Source: Candidatus Methanomethylicia archaeon
GTDB lineage: Archaea; Thermoproteota; Methanomethylicia; Nezhaarchaeales; B40-G2
DNA: 53,600 nucleotides
Direction of reading: 5' to 3'
NCBI GenBank assembly: GCA_029259155.1
Contig: JAPDJI010000019.1
Location: forward strand, 1 to 53,600
Shown here: piece after piece, positions 37,098 to 49,636 of the stretch
How the letters are laid out: each line of letters opens with the position of its first letter
Numbering within the stretch: position 1 is the stretch's first letter
Position numbers and translations under genes: made by a program
The notes under the pieces: generated by a model
What the model saw: only the letters and a program-made list of their open reading frames with translations
Database searches by the model: none
What the model was told of the DNA's origin: nothing

Positions 37098-38972
37098 TTA
37101 GGCTTTACGCTTAAAGATCGAAACTACAGCAACAAGTAAGGCTATTATAGCTATGGCTAAACCGGCCATGCCCAGGTTCATCGCCGTGTTCATAGTGCCT
37201 CTAATGGCTGCAAGTTCTTCCTCGACCTGCTCCACGGCGCTGACAGCAGATTGTAGCTCCTCACCCGTAACTTCCAGCGACATTATTTTAGCAGGGTTTC
37301 TAGCAAAGTACTTGGGGTTCCAGACTAAGTGAATGTATTCGCCAGGTCTCCATTCCTTAAATATGAAAGGCCCTGTCCCGATCAGTTTAGTGAGTCCGGA
37401 TACTGTGGGGTGCTCCTCTTCCCAAGGTCTTGCTGCAGTTGGGTCGTCGTAATTCTCCCATATATGCTTTGGCAATATGTAAATAGCGCCTGGCCACCTG
37501 TAAGCTATGTAGCTCTTTACGTCAAAGTAACATATGACCGTGTACGGGTCTGGTGTTTCAACGTTGACTATGTGCTCAACGTAGGACAGCCAGTAGGGTG
37601 ACCATTCCTTATATAACTCTATGGTGAACTTGACGTCCTCCGACGTAAGTGGGACTCCATCCTGCCATAATACATCGTTCCTTAACTTGTAGGTAACTAT
37701 TGTTCCGTCCTCTGTGAATTCTACGGTCCAACTCTCAGCTAGCCAAGGAATATCGTGTTGTAGGTCATATGGATCTACAGCGATTAATGTATCAAAGACC
37801 TTATTCAACACTTCATGGTCCCAATACCATTGAGCTGTGACTGGGTTTAGAGTCTCAACGTCGCTCTTAAATCCGTAGTTAATCGTGCCTCCTAAAGGCT
37901 CGCCTTCTCTATATACGTTTAGAAATGTCCAGACGTTGTTTACTCCTTGTCCCACCATGTTTATGACTCCCCTGAGGTCTGCACGGTAAGCCTTAACGCC
38001 TGCCGTTGACCATAGAGGTATCATCGGTACCTGCTCCATGAATATCTCCTGGGCTCTCCAGGCAGCTTCCTTAAACTCCTCGAAGTTGGAGCTGTTATAC
38101 TTCATCTGATATGCCCAATAATCGAACTCTGAATTATTGAATCCGATGTAGTTTAAGCTCCAAGGCTCAGGGTATACGTCGATATAGCTGGTGTATAGGT
38201 CGTATAGGTAAGTACCATCCCTGTCTAGTATCCAGCCTCCGGTGTATATGTCGTAGTCATACTCTGTCATTACCTTCTCGTAGGCAATGGTTCTATCCAC
38301 AACTTGCTCATCGACAGGTATACCTATGTTTTCGAGCTCCTCGACGAGCATTAAGCCGGCCTGGCTTCTTAGCGGGTCATCAGCCCTTATGATGAAGACC
38401 AGCGGTCTTAAAGTTTCGCCAGTCTGCGGATCAATTCTCCAGCCGTCAGGCCCCATAACGAAGCCTGCCTCGTCTAGCAATTGAGCTGCCAACTCAGGGT
38501 CATATTCATATTTAGGTACATTCGGGTTGTATAGATCGCCCCACTGAGGCCCTATGATGGAGTCCAGCACCATGCCATATCCTTTCACTACCTCGGTCAC
38601 TATCCTGTCCTTATCAACTAGATGAGCTATAGCTTTTCTAAAGTTTAGGTTACTCATCGGCCAGCGCCTGTTATTGAAGTCAAACTCAAACATGCCCAGC
38701 TCAGTGTACTCGGCCAACACTATGTCGGGATTATCCATAAACTCCTCGATTTTAGCTGATGTCAGAGGCCAGTCGATGATATCTATCTCGCCCGCCTCTA
38801 ATGCCATGAACTCCGGCTCTGGTGATAGGTAGATCTTAATTACCAGCTCATCAATGCGAGGACCTGTAGTGTCAAAGTTTTCCTGCGCCTCTGTGGTTGA
38901 AGGTGCAGCGGCTACAATTATGGAGAGCAATAGGATGGTTACTATAGTTAGTGTTAGTGCAATTCTTTTCAT
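37098..38972 (-). CDS. oppA: Family-5 peptide-binding protein, circularly permuted, C-terminal TM anchor
   Basis: FRKAIAHLVDK early; TLNP, PWLAESW, WQDGVPLTSEDVKFT and IGTGPF late. Confidence 0.85.
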   Translation of the reverse strand: MKRIALTLTIVTILLLSIIVAAAPSTTEAQENFDTTGPRIDELVIKIYLSPEPEFMALEAGEIDIIDWPLTSAKIEEFMDNPDIVLAEYTELGMFEFDFNNRRWPMSNLNFRKAIAHLVDKDRIVTEVVKGYGMVLDSIIGPQWGDLYNPNVPKYEYDPELAAQLLDEAGFVMGPDGWRIDPQTGETLRPLVFIIRADDPLRSQAGLMLVEELENIGIPVDEQVVDRTIAYEKVMTEYDYDIYTGGWILDRDGTYLYDLYTSYIDVYPEPWSLNYIGFNNSEFDYWAYQMKYNSSNFEEFKEAAWRAQEIFMEQVPMIPLWSTAGVKAYRADLRGVINMVGQGVNNVWTFLNVYREGEPLGGTINYGFKSDVETLNPVTAQWYWDHEVLNKVFDTLIAVDPYDLQHDIPWLAESWTVEFTEDGTIVTYKLRNDVLWQDGVPLTSEDVKFTIELYKEWSPYWLSYVEHIVNVETPDPYTVICYFDVKSYIAYRWPGAIYILPKHIWENYDDPTAARPWEEEHPTVSGLTKLIGTGPFIFKEWRPGEYIHLVWNPKYFARNPAKIMSLEVTGEELQSAVSAVEQVEEELAAIRGTMNTAMNLGMAGLAIAIIALLVAVVSIFKRKA

Positions 38973-39123
38973 TTTCCCCCCTCGTACTTCGAGACCTTTT
39001 TTCTATGACAATGGGTATATAAGGTATCTAGGCCTTTTTACATTGAAGGGAGAGCTCTTAAATCTATAAAGCAGTTTATAGAAGCTTTCCGATAAGTAGA
39101 ATCTAGCCGATGATGCTGTGGAA

Positions 39124-39198
39124 AGCCCCGGGCGGGGTTTGAACCCGCGACCCCCGCCTTACCAAGGCGGTGCTCCAACCAGGCTGAGCTACCGGGGC
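39124..39198 (-). tRNA. tRNA-Thr(GGT), no intron
   Basis: GCCCCGG acceptor, CCGCC-TT-GGT-AA-GGCGG. Confidence 0.96.
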
Positions 39199-39278
39199 CT
39201 TAACGTTAGAGACCCTACTAGGAAAAAAACTTTATGAAACACCTCTAGTAGTCGACGACGAAGAAAGGTAAAAATATC

Positions 39279-40475
39279 CTAAGCCTGCCGCTCTCCTGCC
39301 GCTAAAGCCCTGATCGAGATGGCTGAGACTATCATCATTAAGATCATCAAGACCACGATGAAAGAGTAGAGCTCATTGGTTAGAGCGCCGAACACCATCG
39401 CGAAGGGCAAGATAGCTAGCTCGACTCCTCCCTTAGCCAGCAATCCGAGCGCCACCATGCCAGAGATCTTCCTAGGTAGTAGGATCCTCGAGCCGATGTA
39501 TCCTCCCAATAGTTTGCCACCTATGATTACAGCTGAGAGCAGTAGGATGGCGAGAGGGCTTAACGCCAGGAAGTCTTTCGTCACGTATAGCCCAGCTCCA
39601 GCGAAGAAAATGGGTATGAATATTCCATGGGCAAAGCCCTCTAGCTGCTGTACTGTCTTGCTTATTATGGGGTCCCCTTTAGCTGTGGATAGTGCAAAGC
39701 CTAGGGTCAACGCGCCGAAAACGCCATGTAGCCCAGCTACGCTCGCTCCATAGGAAAACACAAGGATGGAAGCTATCAACACGGCAAAGGACGCTTCCCT
39801 GATCTTAAGCAACTCCTCTGCCTTCCTAATTAGCGAGGGCACCACGTAATACCCTGCTAACCCAGCTAGGAAGAAGAAGGCTATCACCTTGAGGGACCTT
39901 GAAAGAAGGAAGTAGTATTCATAAGTGCTTGGGTATAGCAATACCTCTAAAGCTAGGCTCGCAGCTAGTAGACCGAAAAGCTCGTTGAGCATTGCCATGT
40001 TAACTAGGTTCACACCGCTTGCTGTACCTGTTATCTTAAAGTCGGCGACACACCTCAAAACTACACCCATACTCGTAAGCGCAAGCACTATGGCAACTAG
40101 GATATTGGCTGCCAGCTCTCCTCCGAGGTACATCAGGAGGAAGGGAAGGAAGATGGAGAAAGGTACGAGTAGGGACATTATGGCGGCTACCAGGGTTTTA
40201 AGACGCATCGCTTTAGCTAAGTCAGCGAGGTCGATCTCTTCAAAGCCTGCGAAGAAAAGTAAGAAATAGATGCCAAGAGCTATGAAGAGCTTGATATCGG
40301 GGTTTACAAATATTAAACCTAAGACAGCCGGTCCTAGAAGAATGCCAGTAATTATCTCGCCAGCAACAGCAGGAAGCTTAAGCCTCGCGAATACTTCACC
40401 GAAACACCTAGAGACTATTATTAACACCGCGATATGGAACAGTGTAATCTCGAAAATTAGCTCTTCATTCATCAC
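39279..40475 (-). CDS. Cation:proton antiporter (CPA2/NapA-like)
   Basis: LPAVAGEIITGILLGP, LTSMGVV, FIPIFF, AKGGVEL; about 12 TM helices. Confidence 0.88.
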   Translation of the reverse strand: MMNEELIFEITLFHIAVLIIVSRCFGEVFARLKLPAVAGEIITGILLGPAVLGLIFVNPDIKLFIALGIYFLLFFAGFEEIDLADLAKAMRLKTLVAAIMSLLVPFSIFLPFLLMYLGGELAANILVAIVLALTSMGVVLRCVADFKITGTASGVNLVNMAMLNELFGLLAASLALEVLLYPSTYEYYFLLSRSLKVIAFFFLAGLAGYYVVPSLIRKAEELLKIREASFAVLIASILVFSYGASVAGLHGVFGALTLGFALSTAKGDPIISKTVQQLEGFAHGIFIPIFFAGAGLYVTKDFLALSPLAILLLSAVIIGGKLLGGYIGSRILLPRKISGMVALGLLAKGGVELAILPFAMVFGALTNELYSFIVVLMILMMIVSAISIRALAAGERQA

Positions 40476-40805
40476 TTGCTCTCTCTAGGCATAGATAGTT
40501 ACGACAAAGCCTTATTGAGCCTTCTGTTCCGACTAATGGTCTTAAAAGGTTTCCCTCGTTAGAGGAGAGGCGGGTCGTTTAAGTCTCAAGGGTGATTGTG
40601 TAGTCCTTACTTACCTTAAAGGTGAGGGGCAACCACATCAACAACCATCGGGTCCTTGACCACCCCTATGCTTCGATAAGCATAGCAGCATTGTTAGGGT
40701 TAAGGCGAAACAATTTCGATAGTTGTCGAGTGGCTTGCTGGTGATGCTGAAGGCTTGAAGGAACATTAAACCTCAGTTCATAGAAATGACTCTAGAAAGA
40801 ATTGA

Positions 40806-40890
40806 TGCGGGGGGTGGGATTTGAACCCACGAACCCCTACGGGACAAGGTCCTGAACCTTGCGCCTTTGACCTGGCTCGGCAACCCCCGC
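40806..40890 (-). tRNA. tRNA-Leu(CAG), no intron
   Basis: GCGGGGG acceptor, CAAGG-TT-CAG-GA-CCTTG, long variable arm. Confidence 0.96.
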
Positions 40891-41178
40891 TCGTCCCCAA
40901 AAAAATGTATTGAACCTAAACTTTTTATTTCTAAATCCAGCATTCAGGCCTCTTAGCCTCATGTAACTACACGCGTAGACGTTGTTTGGATTGATTGGAG
41001 GGAACTATTACTGTTTTTCCCTCAGCGCAGATGCTGGCTGAGACGCTGTATATTAGGGGAGTTGATGGGCATCAACGACCTACCGTTTGACGAGAAGAAA
41101 GGCAAGCCGTGGCGTCTTTCATATTAAGATGGAGCTCGTGAGAGGAAAAAATAAGAGCCTCTTCAAAGGGGCAATTAA

Positions 41179-41280
41179 GGGCCCGTAGCTCAGCATGGTA
41201 GAGCAACGGGCTTTTAACCCGGAAGGGGGGCCATTAGCCCTCCTGGGGAGTGGTCGCGGGTTCAAATCCCGCCGGGCCCG
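41179..41280 (+). tRNA. tRNA-Lys(TTT) with non-canonical intron at about 43/44 (41223-41250, 28 nt)
   Basis: GGGCCCG acceptor, CT-TTT-AA loop; insert folds ACCC-GG|A-AGGGGGGC-loop-GCCCTCCT-GGGG-AG|T; exact junction less certain. Confidence 0.88.
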
Positions 41281-41395
41281 CTTTTACTTATTACATGAGG
41301 CCGTCGCTGATGCTAGTAAAGTTTATAAGAGCTACCTTGTGGCTTCTACTGCGAGCTCTTTGGTGATGGTGTGGCGGGTTTTAGAGGTGTTTGGT

Positions 41396-41635
41396 TTGGT
41401 TAGGAAACTCGATCTACTTAATCATGAGCTTGTTCCTAAACATGAGGTTTTATCGGCTGAGGAGAAGCGTAAGGTTTTGAAGGAGTTAGGTATCCGTGCC
41501 GAGATGCTTCCTTGGATTAGAAGTAGTGATCCTATTGCTAGGATTATTGGAGCTAAGCCTGGAGATGTAGTGAAGATTACTAGGCATAGTAAGACTGCTG
41601 GTGTGTTCGTGGCGTATCGCTTCGTGGTGCCTTGA
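41396..41635 (+). CDS. rpoH: RNA polymerase subunit Rpo5 (H); the ORF-track start at 41195 wrongly runs through the tRNA
   Basis: [34 protein letters not shown]; GAGGTG SD before TTG 41396. Confidence 0.95.
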   Translation: MVRKLDLLNHELVPKHEVLSAEEKRKVLKELGIRAEMLPWIRSSDPIARIIGAKPGDVVKITRHSKTAGVFVAYRFVVP

Positions 41636-41648
41636 GGAGGTGTGTTTT

Positions 41649-44600
41649 TTGCTTAGTGTTGAGGATAGATGGACGCTGGTGGAGGCTTTCATTAAGGAGC
41701 ACGGCTTAGTTAGACAGCACTTGGACTCGTATAACGACTTCGTGACTAACGTTATCCAGCGCATCGTCGAGGAGCAGGGTGAAGTGTCGGCAGGAGATGT
41801 CAAGGTTAAGTTCCTCAAGATCAGCATTACGGAGCCCTACGCCCGCGAGGCTGACGGCTCAGAGCGTAAGGAGCATAACCCGGTCCTTCCCATGGAGGCT
41901 AGGCTACGGAACATAACGTATGCCAAGTCGCTCAGGCTGATGGTAAAGGTATCGGCGGGAGGGGTTGAAGGGCCTCCTGTGGAGGTCTTCATCGGTTACT
42001 TCCCTATCATGGTTAAGTCGGTCCTTTGCCCGCTGTCCAAGAAAAGCGAGGAGGAGCTGATGGCTTATGGCGAAGACCCACGCGATCCTGGAGGCTACTT
42101 CATCATTAATGGCTCTGAACGTGTTTTGGTATCTCAGGAGGACTTAGCCACTAACCATGTATTAGTGGATGTGCAGAGTGAGTCTTCAGCGGCGCCCTAC
42201 ATAGCTAAGGTGTTGTCGGCAGCTGCCGGTTTCAGGATGCCTACTGCGGTAGAGAGGCTCAAAGATAGCACGCTCCATGTGTCATTCCCCGCGGTGGCTG
42301 GTAGGATACCGCTGGTTATAATGATGAGGGCGTTAGGCCTTAAGACGGATAAGGAGATCACTGAGGCTGTTTCACACGACTCTGAGATCAGGCGAGAGTT
42401 GCTGGCTTCTCTCGAGGCGGCGTCCTCGATTTTAACAGTGGAGGATGCACTTGACTTCGTGGGAAGCAAGATAGTGTTTGGTCAGCCTAGGGAGCGTAGG
42501 ATTGAGCGGGCTTGCATGGTCATAGATAGGTACTTCCTTCCTCACCTCGGTAATCGTCCTGAGGATAGGTTGAAGAAGGCTTACTTCCTGGGACAGATGG
42601 CGGAGAAGCTTATAGAGCTAGTTTTGGGTAGGAGGAAGCCTGACGATAAGGATCATTATGCTAATAAGCGTCTTAGGCTGGCCGGTGACTTACTGGCAAG
42701 CCTGTTTAGGGTGGCTTTTAGGAACTTCTGCCGCGACCTACAGTACCAATTGGAGAGGCTTAAGGATAGAGGGTTAGGGATTCATGTGGAGACGTTGGTC
42801 AGGGCTGACGTCATTACTGAGCGGCTACGCCATGCATTAGCTACCGGTAACTGGGTGGGCGGAAAAGTAGGGGTCAGCCAGCTCTTGGACAGGACTAACT
42901 TCATCTCTACCCTGAGCCACATGAGACGTGTAATCTCGCCGCTTAGTCGAAGCCAACCTCACTTCGAGGCTAGAGATCTACATGCTACGCAGTGGGGGCG
43001 CATGTGCCCTAACGAGACCCCTGAAGGCCCTAACTGCGGCTTAGTCAAGAACTTGGCTTTACTCGCTAGGGCTTCAGTAGGCGTTGACGAAAAGGAAGTA
43101 GAACACTTGCTATATGGCTTAGGAGTTAAGCCCACTCGTAGGCTTAAGGGAGAGTCCTCTACAATGACAGGAGCTAAGGTGTTTCTAAACGGTAGGCTCA
43201 TAGGTTTCCACGAATATCCTGAGCTTTTAGCTAATGAGGTTAGGGAGCGTCGCAGGGCTGGGAAGATAAGCTTTGAGGTGAACATAGCTCATATAAAGAC
43301 AGACTACATAAATGAGGTTCACGTCAACTGCGACGCAGGTCGTATATGTAGGCCTTTGATAGTGGTGAAGGACGGTAAACCATGCATTAAGCCTGAACAC
43401 GTAGAGAAGCTTAGGTTCGGTAAGATAACCTGGCTCCAGTTAGTGAAGGCAGGCCTTATAGAGTACTTGGATGCTGAGGAGGAGGAAAACGCCTATGTTG
43501 CTTTAAACCCTGAGGACGTTACGCCTAAACACACTCACCTCGAGATCATACCGGCCACGATACTGGGCATCTGCGCATCCCTAATACCATACGCCGAGCA
43601 TAACCAGTCTCCGCGCAACTCCTACGAAGCGGCCATGGCCAAGCAAGCGCTGGGGTTCCCAGCAGCTAACTTCCTCTTAAGGATGGATTCCCGAGGCCAC
43701 CTACTGCACTACCCACAGAGGCCTTTAGTCCAAACAAGGCCTATGTCCTTCATAGGCTATAACGATAGGCCGGCTGGCCAAAACTTTATCGTCGCCGTCC
43801 TCTCCTACTCCGGGTATAACATAGAGGACGCCTTGATCATCAATAAGTCCTCGGTGGAGCGAGGCTTAGGTAGATCCACTTTCTTCAGGGTGTATGAAGC
43901 TGAGGAGCGTAAATACCCAGGCGGCCAGGAAGATAAGATAGAGATACCCACCCCTGACGTCAGAGGGTATAGGGCTGAGGAAGCCTATAGGAACCTTGGA
44001 GAGGACGGCATAGCTGAACCTGAATCCATAGTGAAGGGTGGAGACGTAATCATAGGTAGGACGAGCCCGCCACGCTTCTTAGAGGAGTATAAAGAGTTCG
44101 AGACCGCTGAGTCGGTAAGGAGAGAGACGTCCGTTGATGTGAGGCACGGTGAGCTGGGCGTAGTGGACACGGTGATGATAACCGAGACCATCGATGGCAA
44201 TAAGCTTGTCAAGGTAAAGGTTAGGGACCAGAGGGTCCCTGAGCTTGGAGATAAATTTGCTTCGCGCCACGGCCAGAAGGGCGTGATAGGGCTTCTTGTC
44301 CCACAGGAGGATATGCCATTTACCGAGCAGGGCATCGTGCCCGACTTAATCATCAACCCTCACGCTTTCCCCTCTAGGATGACGGTGGGACAGCTTCTTG
44401 AGTCTCTTGCAGGTAAAGTGGCAGCGCTTGAAGGTAGGTTTGTGGATGGAACTACCTTTAACAATGAGAAGGAGGAGGAATTGAAGGAAGCGCTTCGAAA
44501 GCTTGGTTTTAAGCCTTCAGGCTACGAGGTCATGTATGACGGCGTCAGGGGTAGGATGTTTAAAGCTCAGATCTTCATAGGCCCCGTGTATTACCAGAAG

Positions 44601-44975
44601 CTACACCATATGGTAGCGGATAAAATGCATGCACGGGCTCGTGGCCCAGTGCAGATATTGACGAGGCAGCCTACTGAAGGTAGAGCGCGTGAAGGAGGAC
44701 TTAGGTTCGGGGAGATGGAGAGGGACTGTTTGATAGCTCATGGCGCAGCTTCCCTATTGAAGGAGCGCCTTCTCGACGAGTCGGATAGGTTCATCGCTTA
44801 CGTATGTGAGAACTGCGGCTTCATAGCTTACTACGATAGAAACGCCGACACTTACCGGTGCTCGGTGTGTGGAGATAAAGCTTCTATATCCCCGGTGATC
44901 ATGTCTTACGCCTTCAAGCTGCTCCTACAGGAGCTCATGAGTCTAGGCATAGCTCCCCGCATTAAAGTGTCGTAG
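41649..44975 (+). CDS. rpoB: RNA polymerase subunit Rpo2 (B), unsplit
   Basis: [55 protein letters not shown]; GAGGAGGTG SD. Confidence 0.98.
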   Translation: MLSVEDRWTLVEAFIKEHGLVRQHLDSYNDFVTNVIQRIVEEQGEVSAGDVKVKFLKISITEPYAREADGSERKEHNPVLPMEARLRNITYAKSLRLMVKVSAGGVEGPPVEVFIGYFPIMVKSVLCPLSKKSEEELMAYGEDPRDPGGYFIINGSERVLVSQEDLATNHVLVDVQSESSAAPYIAKVLSAAAGFRMPTAVERLKDSTLHVSFPAVAGRIPLVIMMRALGLKTDKEITEAVSHDSEIRRELLASLEAASSILTVEDALDFVGSKIVFGQPRERRIERACMVIDRYFLPHLGNRPEDRLKKAYFLGQMAEKLIELVLGRRKPDDKDHYANKRLRLAGDLLASLFRVAFRNFCRDLQYQLERLKDRGLGIHVETLVRADVITERLRHALATGNWVGGKVGVSQLLDRTNFISTLSHMRRVISPLSRSQPHFEARDLHATQWGRMCPNETPEGPNCGLVKNLALLARASVGVDEKEVEHLLYGLGVKPTRRLKGESSTMTGAKVFLNGRLIGFHEYPELLANEVRERRRAGKISFEVNIAHIKTDYINEVHVNCDAGRICRPLIVVKDGKPCIKPEHVEKLRFGKITWLQLVKAGLIEYLDAEEEENAYVALNPEDVTPKHTHLEIIPATILGICASLIPYAEHNQSPRNSYEAAMAKQALGFPAANFLLRMDSRGHLLHYPQRPLVQTRPMSFIGYNDRPAGQNFIVAVLSYSGYNIEDALIINKSSVERGLGRSTFFRVYEAEERKYPGGQEDKIEIPTPDVRGYRAEEAYRNLGEDGIAEPESIVKGGDVIIGRTSPPRFLEEYKEFETAESVRRETSVDVRHGELGVVDTVMITETIDGNKLVKVKVRDQRVPELGDKFASRHGQKGVIGLLVPQEDMPFTEQGIVPDLIINPHAFPSRMTVGQLLESLAGKVAALEGRFVDGTTFNNEKEEELKEALRKLGFKPSGYEVMYDGVRGRMFKAQIFIGPVYYQKLHHMVADKMHARARGPVQILTRQPTEGRAREGGLRFGEMERDCLIAHGAASLLKERLLDESDRFIAYVCENCGFIAYYDRNADTYRCSVCGDKASISPVIMSYAFKLLLQELMSLGIAPRIKVS

Positions 44976-44986
44976 GGGTGAGAGGT

Positions 44987-47656
44987 ATGAGTGAACCTCA
45001 ACTAAGGTTTAAACGGATCAAGTCCCTTACCTTCGGCGTCCTCTCTCCTGACGATATAAGGAAGCTTTCAGTGGTAAACATCATAACGCCTGACACTTAC
45101 GATGAGGATGGGACTCCTATCGATACCGGCTTGGTTAGCCGCAGGCTGGGCACCATCGAGCCGGGGCAGCGCTGCCAAACCTGCGGCAATAGGGTAGGTG
45201 AATGCCCCGGCCACTTTGGACATATAGAGCTTGCCCGCCCCGTTGTCCATGTAGGCTTCGTTAAGCTGATTCAACAGCTTCTACAGGCAACTTGTCCTAG
45301 GTGCGGTAGGCTTTCTATTCCACCAGAGGATGTTAAAAGGTACAGGGAGTATAAGGAGAAGAAGGCTAGGCTCTGGGAGTTAATGAAGCAGAGAATTGTG
45401 AATAGGCTGCTAAAGCGGGCTATGAAGGCTACGGAGTGTCCATACTGCCATGCTCATAAAGGTAGGATTAGGCTTGAGAAACCCACTACTTTTTATGAGA
45501 GGACGAGGGAAGGTGAGCGTCGCCTCTTTCCCGTCGAGATAAGGGCTAGATTAGAGCTCATCCCTGACGAGGACTATGAGCTACTTGGCTTCAACTCCAA
45601 GCTCTCAAGGCCTGAATGGACTGTACTAACCGTGTTGCCTGTACCTCCTATAGCGGTCAGGCCTTCCATTACTCTCGAGTCGGGCATTAGATCGGAGGAC
45701 GATTTAACCCATAAGCTTGTTGATATTGTGAGGATCAATGAGCGTCTCCGCGAACAACTAGAGTTAGGGGCTCCTATGGCTATAATAGAGGAGCTCTGGG
45801 ACCTCCTCCAGTACCATGTCACCACGTACTTCGACAATGAAGTTTCAGGAATTCCTCCCGCTCGTCATAGGTCGGGGAGGGCCTTAAGGACCTTAGCTCA
45901 GAGACTTAAAGGTAAGGAGGGTAGGTTTAGGAGTAGCCTTTCAGGTAAGAGGGTAGACTTCTCGGCTCGGACCGTGATCTCTCCAGACCCTAACCTTAGC
46001 ATTAATGAAGTGGGAGTACCCATCGACGTAGCTAAGATATTGACCATTCCTGAAAAGGTGACTGAGTGGAACCTTAAGGAGATGAGAGAACTGGTGCTTA
46101 GAGGTCCTCACGAACATCCGGGGGCTAACTACGTCATCAGGCCTGACGGCCGTAGAGTAGACTTAAGGTACGTCAAGGACAGAAGCATACTTGCTGAAGC
46201 CTTAGGTCCAGGCTTCATCGTGGAGAGGCATATAAGGAATGGTGACATCGTGCTTTTCAACAGGCAACCTTCTCTTCACCGCATGTCCATCATGGCCCAT
46301 AAGGTTAAGGTGTTGCCCTACAAGACCTTCAGATTAAACCTATGTGTTTGTCCTCCCTACAATGCTGACTTCGACGGAGACGAAATGAACCTCCACGTAC
46401 CTCAAAGCGAAGAAGCTAGGTCTGAAGCTTTAACGCTAATGCTTGTCCAGGAACAGATGTTATCGCCAAGGTATGGAGGTCCTATCATAGGAGGAATACA
46501 GGACTACATATCGGGGGCCTACTTACTTACGAGGAAGACCACGCTACTAACTTCCGAAGAGGCTCAAGATCTTCTTTACAACGCTAAGTATGAAGGAGGA
46601 CTCCCTGAACCAACGATACTTAAGCCAGGTCCTTACTGGACAGGTAAACAACTGCTTAGCTTAATGCTTCCTAAAGGCTTAAACTGCGCCCTCAAAGCCA
46701 ATGCATGTATTAAATGCGATCGCTGCGTTAAGGAGGATTGTCCCTACGATGCCTTTGTCCTTGTCTTAGATGGAGAACTCCTCATGGGGGTAGTAGATAA
46801 GAAATCCATAGGTGCACAACAGCCGGACAGCGTACTACACCGTATCATAAAGGATTATGGGGTAGAGGTTGGTAGAGAATTCATTGATAATACGTTTAAG
46901 CTCTTCCTCACCTTCATGAACTCTTGGGGCCTAACCACAGGCCTCAGCGACGAGGAACTGCCTTTAGAGGCAAAGATGAGGATACACGATATATTGGAGC
47001 GTGAAAAGCAAAGGGTTCTCGACATAATAGAAGCCTACCTTAGAGGAGAGCTTGAACCAGCACCGGGCCAGACCTTGGAGGAGACGCTAGAGATGAAGAT
47101 ACATGAGGTGCTAGCTGAAGCTAGAGATAAGGCCGGGGAGATAGCTTCAAGGTACCTCGATCCTTACAGCCACACCTTAATCATGGCTAGAGCAGGCTCC
47201 AGAGGCTCTATCTTAAACCTCACTCAGCTGACTGCCTGTGTTGGACAACAAACAGTGAGAGGTGAACGTATACACAGAGGTTATATGGATAGGACGCTTC
47301 CTCACTTCGAAGTAGGGGACAAAGGGCCAACCTCTAGGGGCTTCGTAACCAGCAACTATAAAGATGGTCTCTCACCCACAGAGTTCTTCTTCCATGCTAT
47401 GGGTGGACGCGAAGGTTTAGTAGACACGGCTGTACGTACTTCTCAGAGCGGTTATATGCAGCGTAGGTTAATCAATGCGCTTCAAGACCTCCGCGTAGAT
47501 TACGACCAGACTGTGAGAGATGCTACAGGGAGAATCATTCAGTTCAAGTATGGAGAAGATGGTGTAGATCCTTCGAAGAGTGATCATGGTAAGCCTGTTA
47601 ACGTAGACAAGATTGTTGAGAAAGTTTTAGGTCCAAAGGCGGTGGTGAAATGGTGA
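44987..47656 (+). CDS. rpoA1: RNA polymerase subunit Rpo1N (A')
   Basis: [32 protein letters not shown]. Confidence 0.98.
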   Translation: MSEPQLRFKRIKSLTFGVLSPDDIRKLSVVNIITPDTYDEDGTPIDTGLVSRRLGTIEPGQRCQTCGNRVGECPGHFGHIELARPVVHVGFVKLIQQLLQATCPRCGRLSIPPEDVKRYREYKEKKARLWELMKQRIVNRLLKRAMKATECPYCHAHKGRIRLEKPTTFYERTREGERRLFPVEIRARLELIPDEDYELLGFNSKLSRPEWTVLTVLPVPPIAVRPSITLESGIRSEDDLTHKLVDIVRINERLREQLELGAPMAIIEELWDLLQYHVTTYFDNEVSGIPPARHRSGRALRTLAQRLKGKEGRFRSSLSGKRVDFSARTVISPDPNLSINEVGVPIDVAKILTIPEKVTEWNLKEMRELVLRGPHEHPGANYVIRPDGRRVDLRYVKDRSILAEALGPGFIVERHIRNGDIVLFNRQPSLHRMSIMAHKVKVLPYKTFRLNLCVCPPYNADFDGDEMNLHVPQSEEARSEALTLMLVQEQMLSPRYGGPIIGGIQDYISGAYLLTRKTTLLTSEEAQDLLYNAKYEGGLPEPTILKPGPYWTGKQLLSLMLPKGLNCALKANACIKCDRCVKEDCPYDAFVLVLDGELLMGVVDKKSIGAQQPDSVLHRIIKDYGVEVGREFIDNTFKLFLTFMNSWGLTTGLSDEELPLEAKMRIHDILEREKQRVLDIIEAYLRGELEPAPGQTLEETLEMKIHEVLAEARDKAGEIASRYLDPYSHTLIMARAGSRGSILNLTQLTACVGQQTVRGERIHRGYMDRTLPHFEVGDKGPTSRGFVTSNYKDGLSPTEFFFHAMGGREGLVDTAVRTSQSGYMQRRLINALQDLRVDYDQTVRDATGRIIQFKYGEDGVDPSKSDHGKPVNVDKIVEKVLGPKAVVKW

Positions 47657-48837
47657 CCTTAACCAAGGAACAAGTAGAGGCTAGGTTGGAGAAGCTCATA
47701 GAGGAAGGAGTACTTCCTGCGTCCTTAGTCGAGGAGTTAAAGAATAAGCTTTTAGCTTATGAATTGACTGAGGAGGAGCTCGAGAAGATAATCGAGGAGA
47801 CCATTAAGGCCTATGAGAGCTCTCTCGTAGAGCCAGGTGAAGCTGTGGGCACGGTTAGCGCGCAGTCTATAGGTGAGCCTGGCACACAGATGACTCTTAG
47901 AACTTTCCACTATGCAGGGGTTCGAGAGCTTAACGTAACCTTAGGCCTTCCAAGGCTTATAGAGATCCTCGACGCTAGGCGAAATCCCTCCACGCCAATC
48001 ATGGTGGTGCACTTAAAGGGAGATGCCAAGAAGGATAGGGAAAAGGCTAACGAGGTAGCCAATAAACTCACCCAGACTACGGTGGAGAATGTAACCAAGT
48101 TTATCGACTACGACCTTCTCTCGCAGAGCATAACCATCAAGCTGGACATGAATATAATGCGTGATAGGCAGCTCACGCCCGAACAGGTGGCTAAAGCTAT
48201 TGAGAAGTATAAGGTGGGCTCCGTGGAGGTGGAGGAAGACACGATTATTGTTAAGCCTCCGACGCTTCTCGACTTAAACAAGTTCACGAGGCTTCGTCAA
48301 AAGATCCTTGGGATTAAGCTTAAGGGTGTTAGAGGGCTAAAGCGACCTGTGATAAAGAAGGAAGGGGACGAGTGGGTTCTTTACTTCGATGGTTCAAACT
48401 TAGCAGGGGTACTTAAGAAAGCTGAAGAGATACCTGAAATAGACGCCACGAGGGTCTTTACGAATAACATCCATGAGATAGCAGCGGTGTTGGGAATAGA
48501 AGCTGCCAGAAACGCCATTATAAACGAGACCATGAGAGTGCTCGAGGAACAAGGCTTAGACGTGGATATTAGACACGTGATGCTGGTGGCAGATCTAATG
48601 ACCGCTACAGGTAGAGTGAGGCAGATAGGTCGTCATGGCGTTAGCGGAGAGAAAGGTAGTGTACTCGCGAGAGCGGCCTTTGAGGTGACCACTAAGCAAC
48701 TTCTTGAGGCAGGTATTAGAGGTGAACGTGATGACTTAAAAGGAGTTACCGAGAACGTTATCGTGGGTCAGATTATACCGCTGGGCAGTGGGATGGTCGA
48801 CTTACTAATGAGATACTTGGAGGAGGAAGAACCATGA
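47650..48837 (+). CDS. rpoA2: RNA polymerase subunit Rpo1C (A'')
   Basis: [30 protein letters not shown]. Confidence 0.98.
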   Translation: MVTLTKEQVEARLEKLIEEGVLPASLVEELKNKLLAYELTEEELEKIIEETIKAYESSLVEPGEAVGTVSAQSIGEPGTQMTLRTFHYAGVRELNVTLGLPRLIEILDARRNPSTPIMVVHLKGDAKKDREKANEVANKLTQTTVENVTKFIDYDLLSQSITIKLDMNIMRDRQLTPEQVAKAIEKYKVGSVEVEEDTIIVKPPTLLDLNKFTRLRQKILGIKLKGVRGLKRPVIKKEGDEWVLYFDGSNLAGVLKKAEEIPEIDATRVFTNNIHEIAAVLGIEAARNAIINETMRVLEEQGLDVDIRHVMLVADLMTATGRVRQIGRHGVSGEKGSVLARAAFEVTTKQLLEAGIRGERDDLKGVTENVIVGQIIPLGSGMVDLLMRYLEEEEP

Positions 48838-49148
48838 TAAGCCTGGAGAATGAGCTCAAAGTCGCGATGAAGACTGGGAAGGTAATCTTAGGTAGCCGAG
48901 AGACCCTTAGAACCGTGGCTCATGGTAGAGGTAGACTTATTATCTTGGCGCGCAACTGCCCTCCAGACATGAAGGACCTGATAGTACATCACGCGAAACT
49001 CTCAAATATACCGACCTATGTCTGCCCTCTAAGCAGTAAGGAGCTAGGGGAGACCTGCGGGAGACGCTTTATGGTAGCAGCCCTTACGGTGCTAGATGAA
49101 GGTGACTCCGAGATAATGAAACTGGTTGAAGAGCAGGAGGTAGGGTAG
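48834..49148 (+). CDS. rpl30e: 50S ribosomal protein L30e
   Basis: [26 protein letters not shown]. Confidence 0.96.
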   Translation: MISLENELKVAMKTGKVILGSRETLRTVAHGRGRLIILARNCPPDMKDLIVHHAKLSNIPTYVCPLSSKELGETCGRRFMVAALTVLDEGDSEIMKLVEEQEVG

Positions 49149-49149
49149 C

Positions 49150-49584
49150 GTGCCTCAGATAAGGCTGTTTAATGAAGAGCTCCGCTACCTAAGCCTCTTC
49201 GAATCCATCACTGGGGCGCAGGCCAAGGACTGCGTAATTGACCAGGAGAGAAGCAGGATTCTCTTTGTGGTTAAGCAGGGCCACATGGGTTTAGCCATAG
49301 GGCGAAATGGATCCAACGTTAAGAGGCTTACAAAGCTAATAGGTAAGAGTGTGGAGGTAGTGGAAGATGCAGACAAACCTGAAGACCTTATAAAGAATAG
49401 CCTACTGCCCGCTAAGGTCCACTCCGTCAAGATAATTAAATCTCCTGACGGCAAGACCGTAGCCTTCGTGACCGTTAACCCTCAAGAAAAAGGAGTAGCC
49501 ATCGGCAGGGATGGAAACAAAATCCTGAGAGCCAGGATTTTAGCTAAGAGATACTTCGATATAGATAACGTCGTCATTAACTAA
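49150..49584 (+). CDS. nusA: Archaeal NusA (two KH domains)
   Basis: GLAIGRNGSNV, GVAIGRDGNKI. Confidence 0.96.
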   Translation: MPQIRLFNEELRYLSLFESITGAQAKDCVIDQERSRILFVVKQGHMGLAIGRNGSNVKRLTKLIGKSVEVVEDADKPEDLIKNSLLPAKVHSVKIIKSPDGKTVAFVTVNPQEKGVAIGRDGNKILRARILAKRYFDIDNVVIN

Positions 49585-49636
49585 GACCGAAATAGTTTTA
49601 TTCGCGCCCCCTGTAGGGAAGCGAAGGTGATGGGTT

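Noticed and set aside
40666-40685. Perfect 8-bp hairpin CTATGCTT-CGAT-AAGCATAG in intergenic DNA
   Set aside because: Isolated; no supporting ncRNA, C/D-box or repeat context
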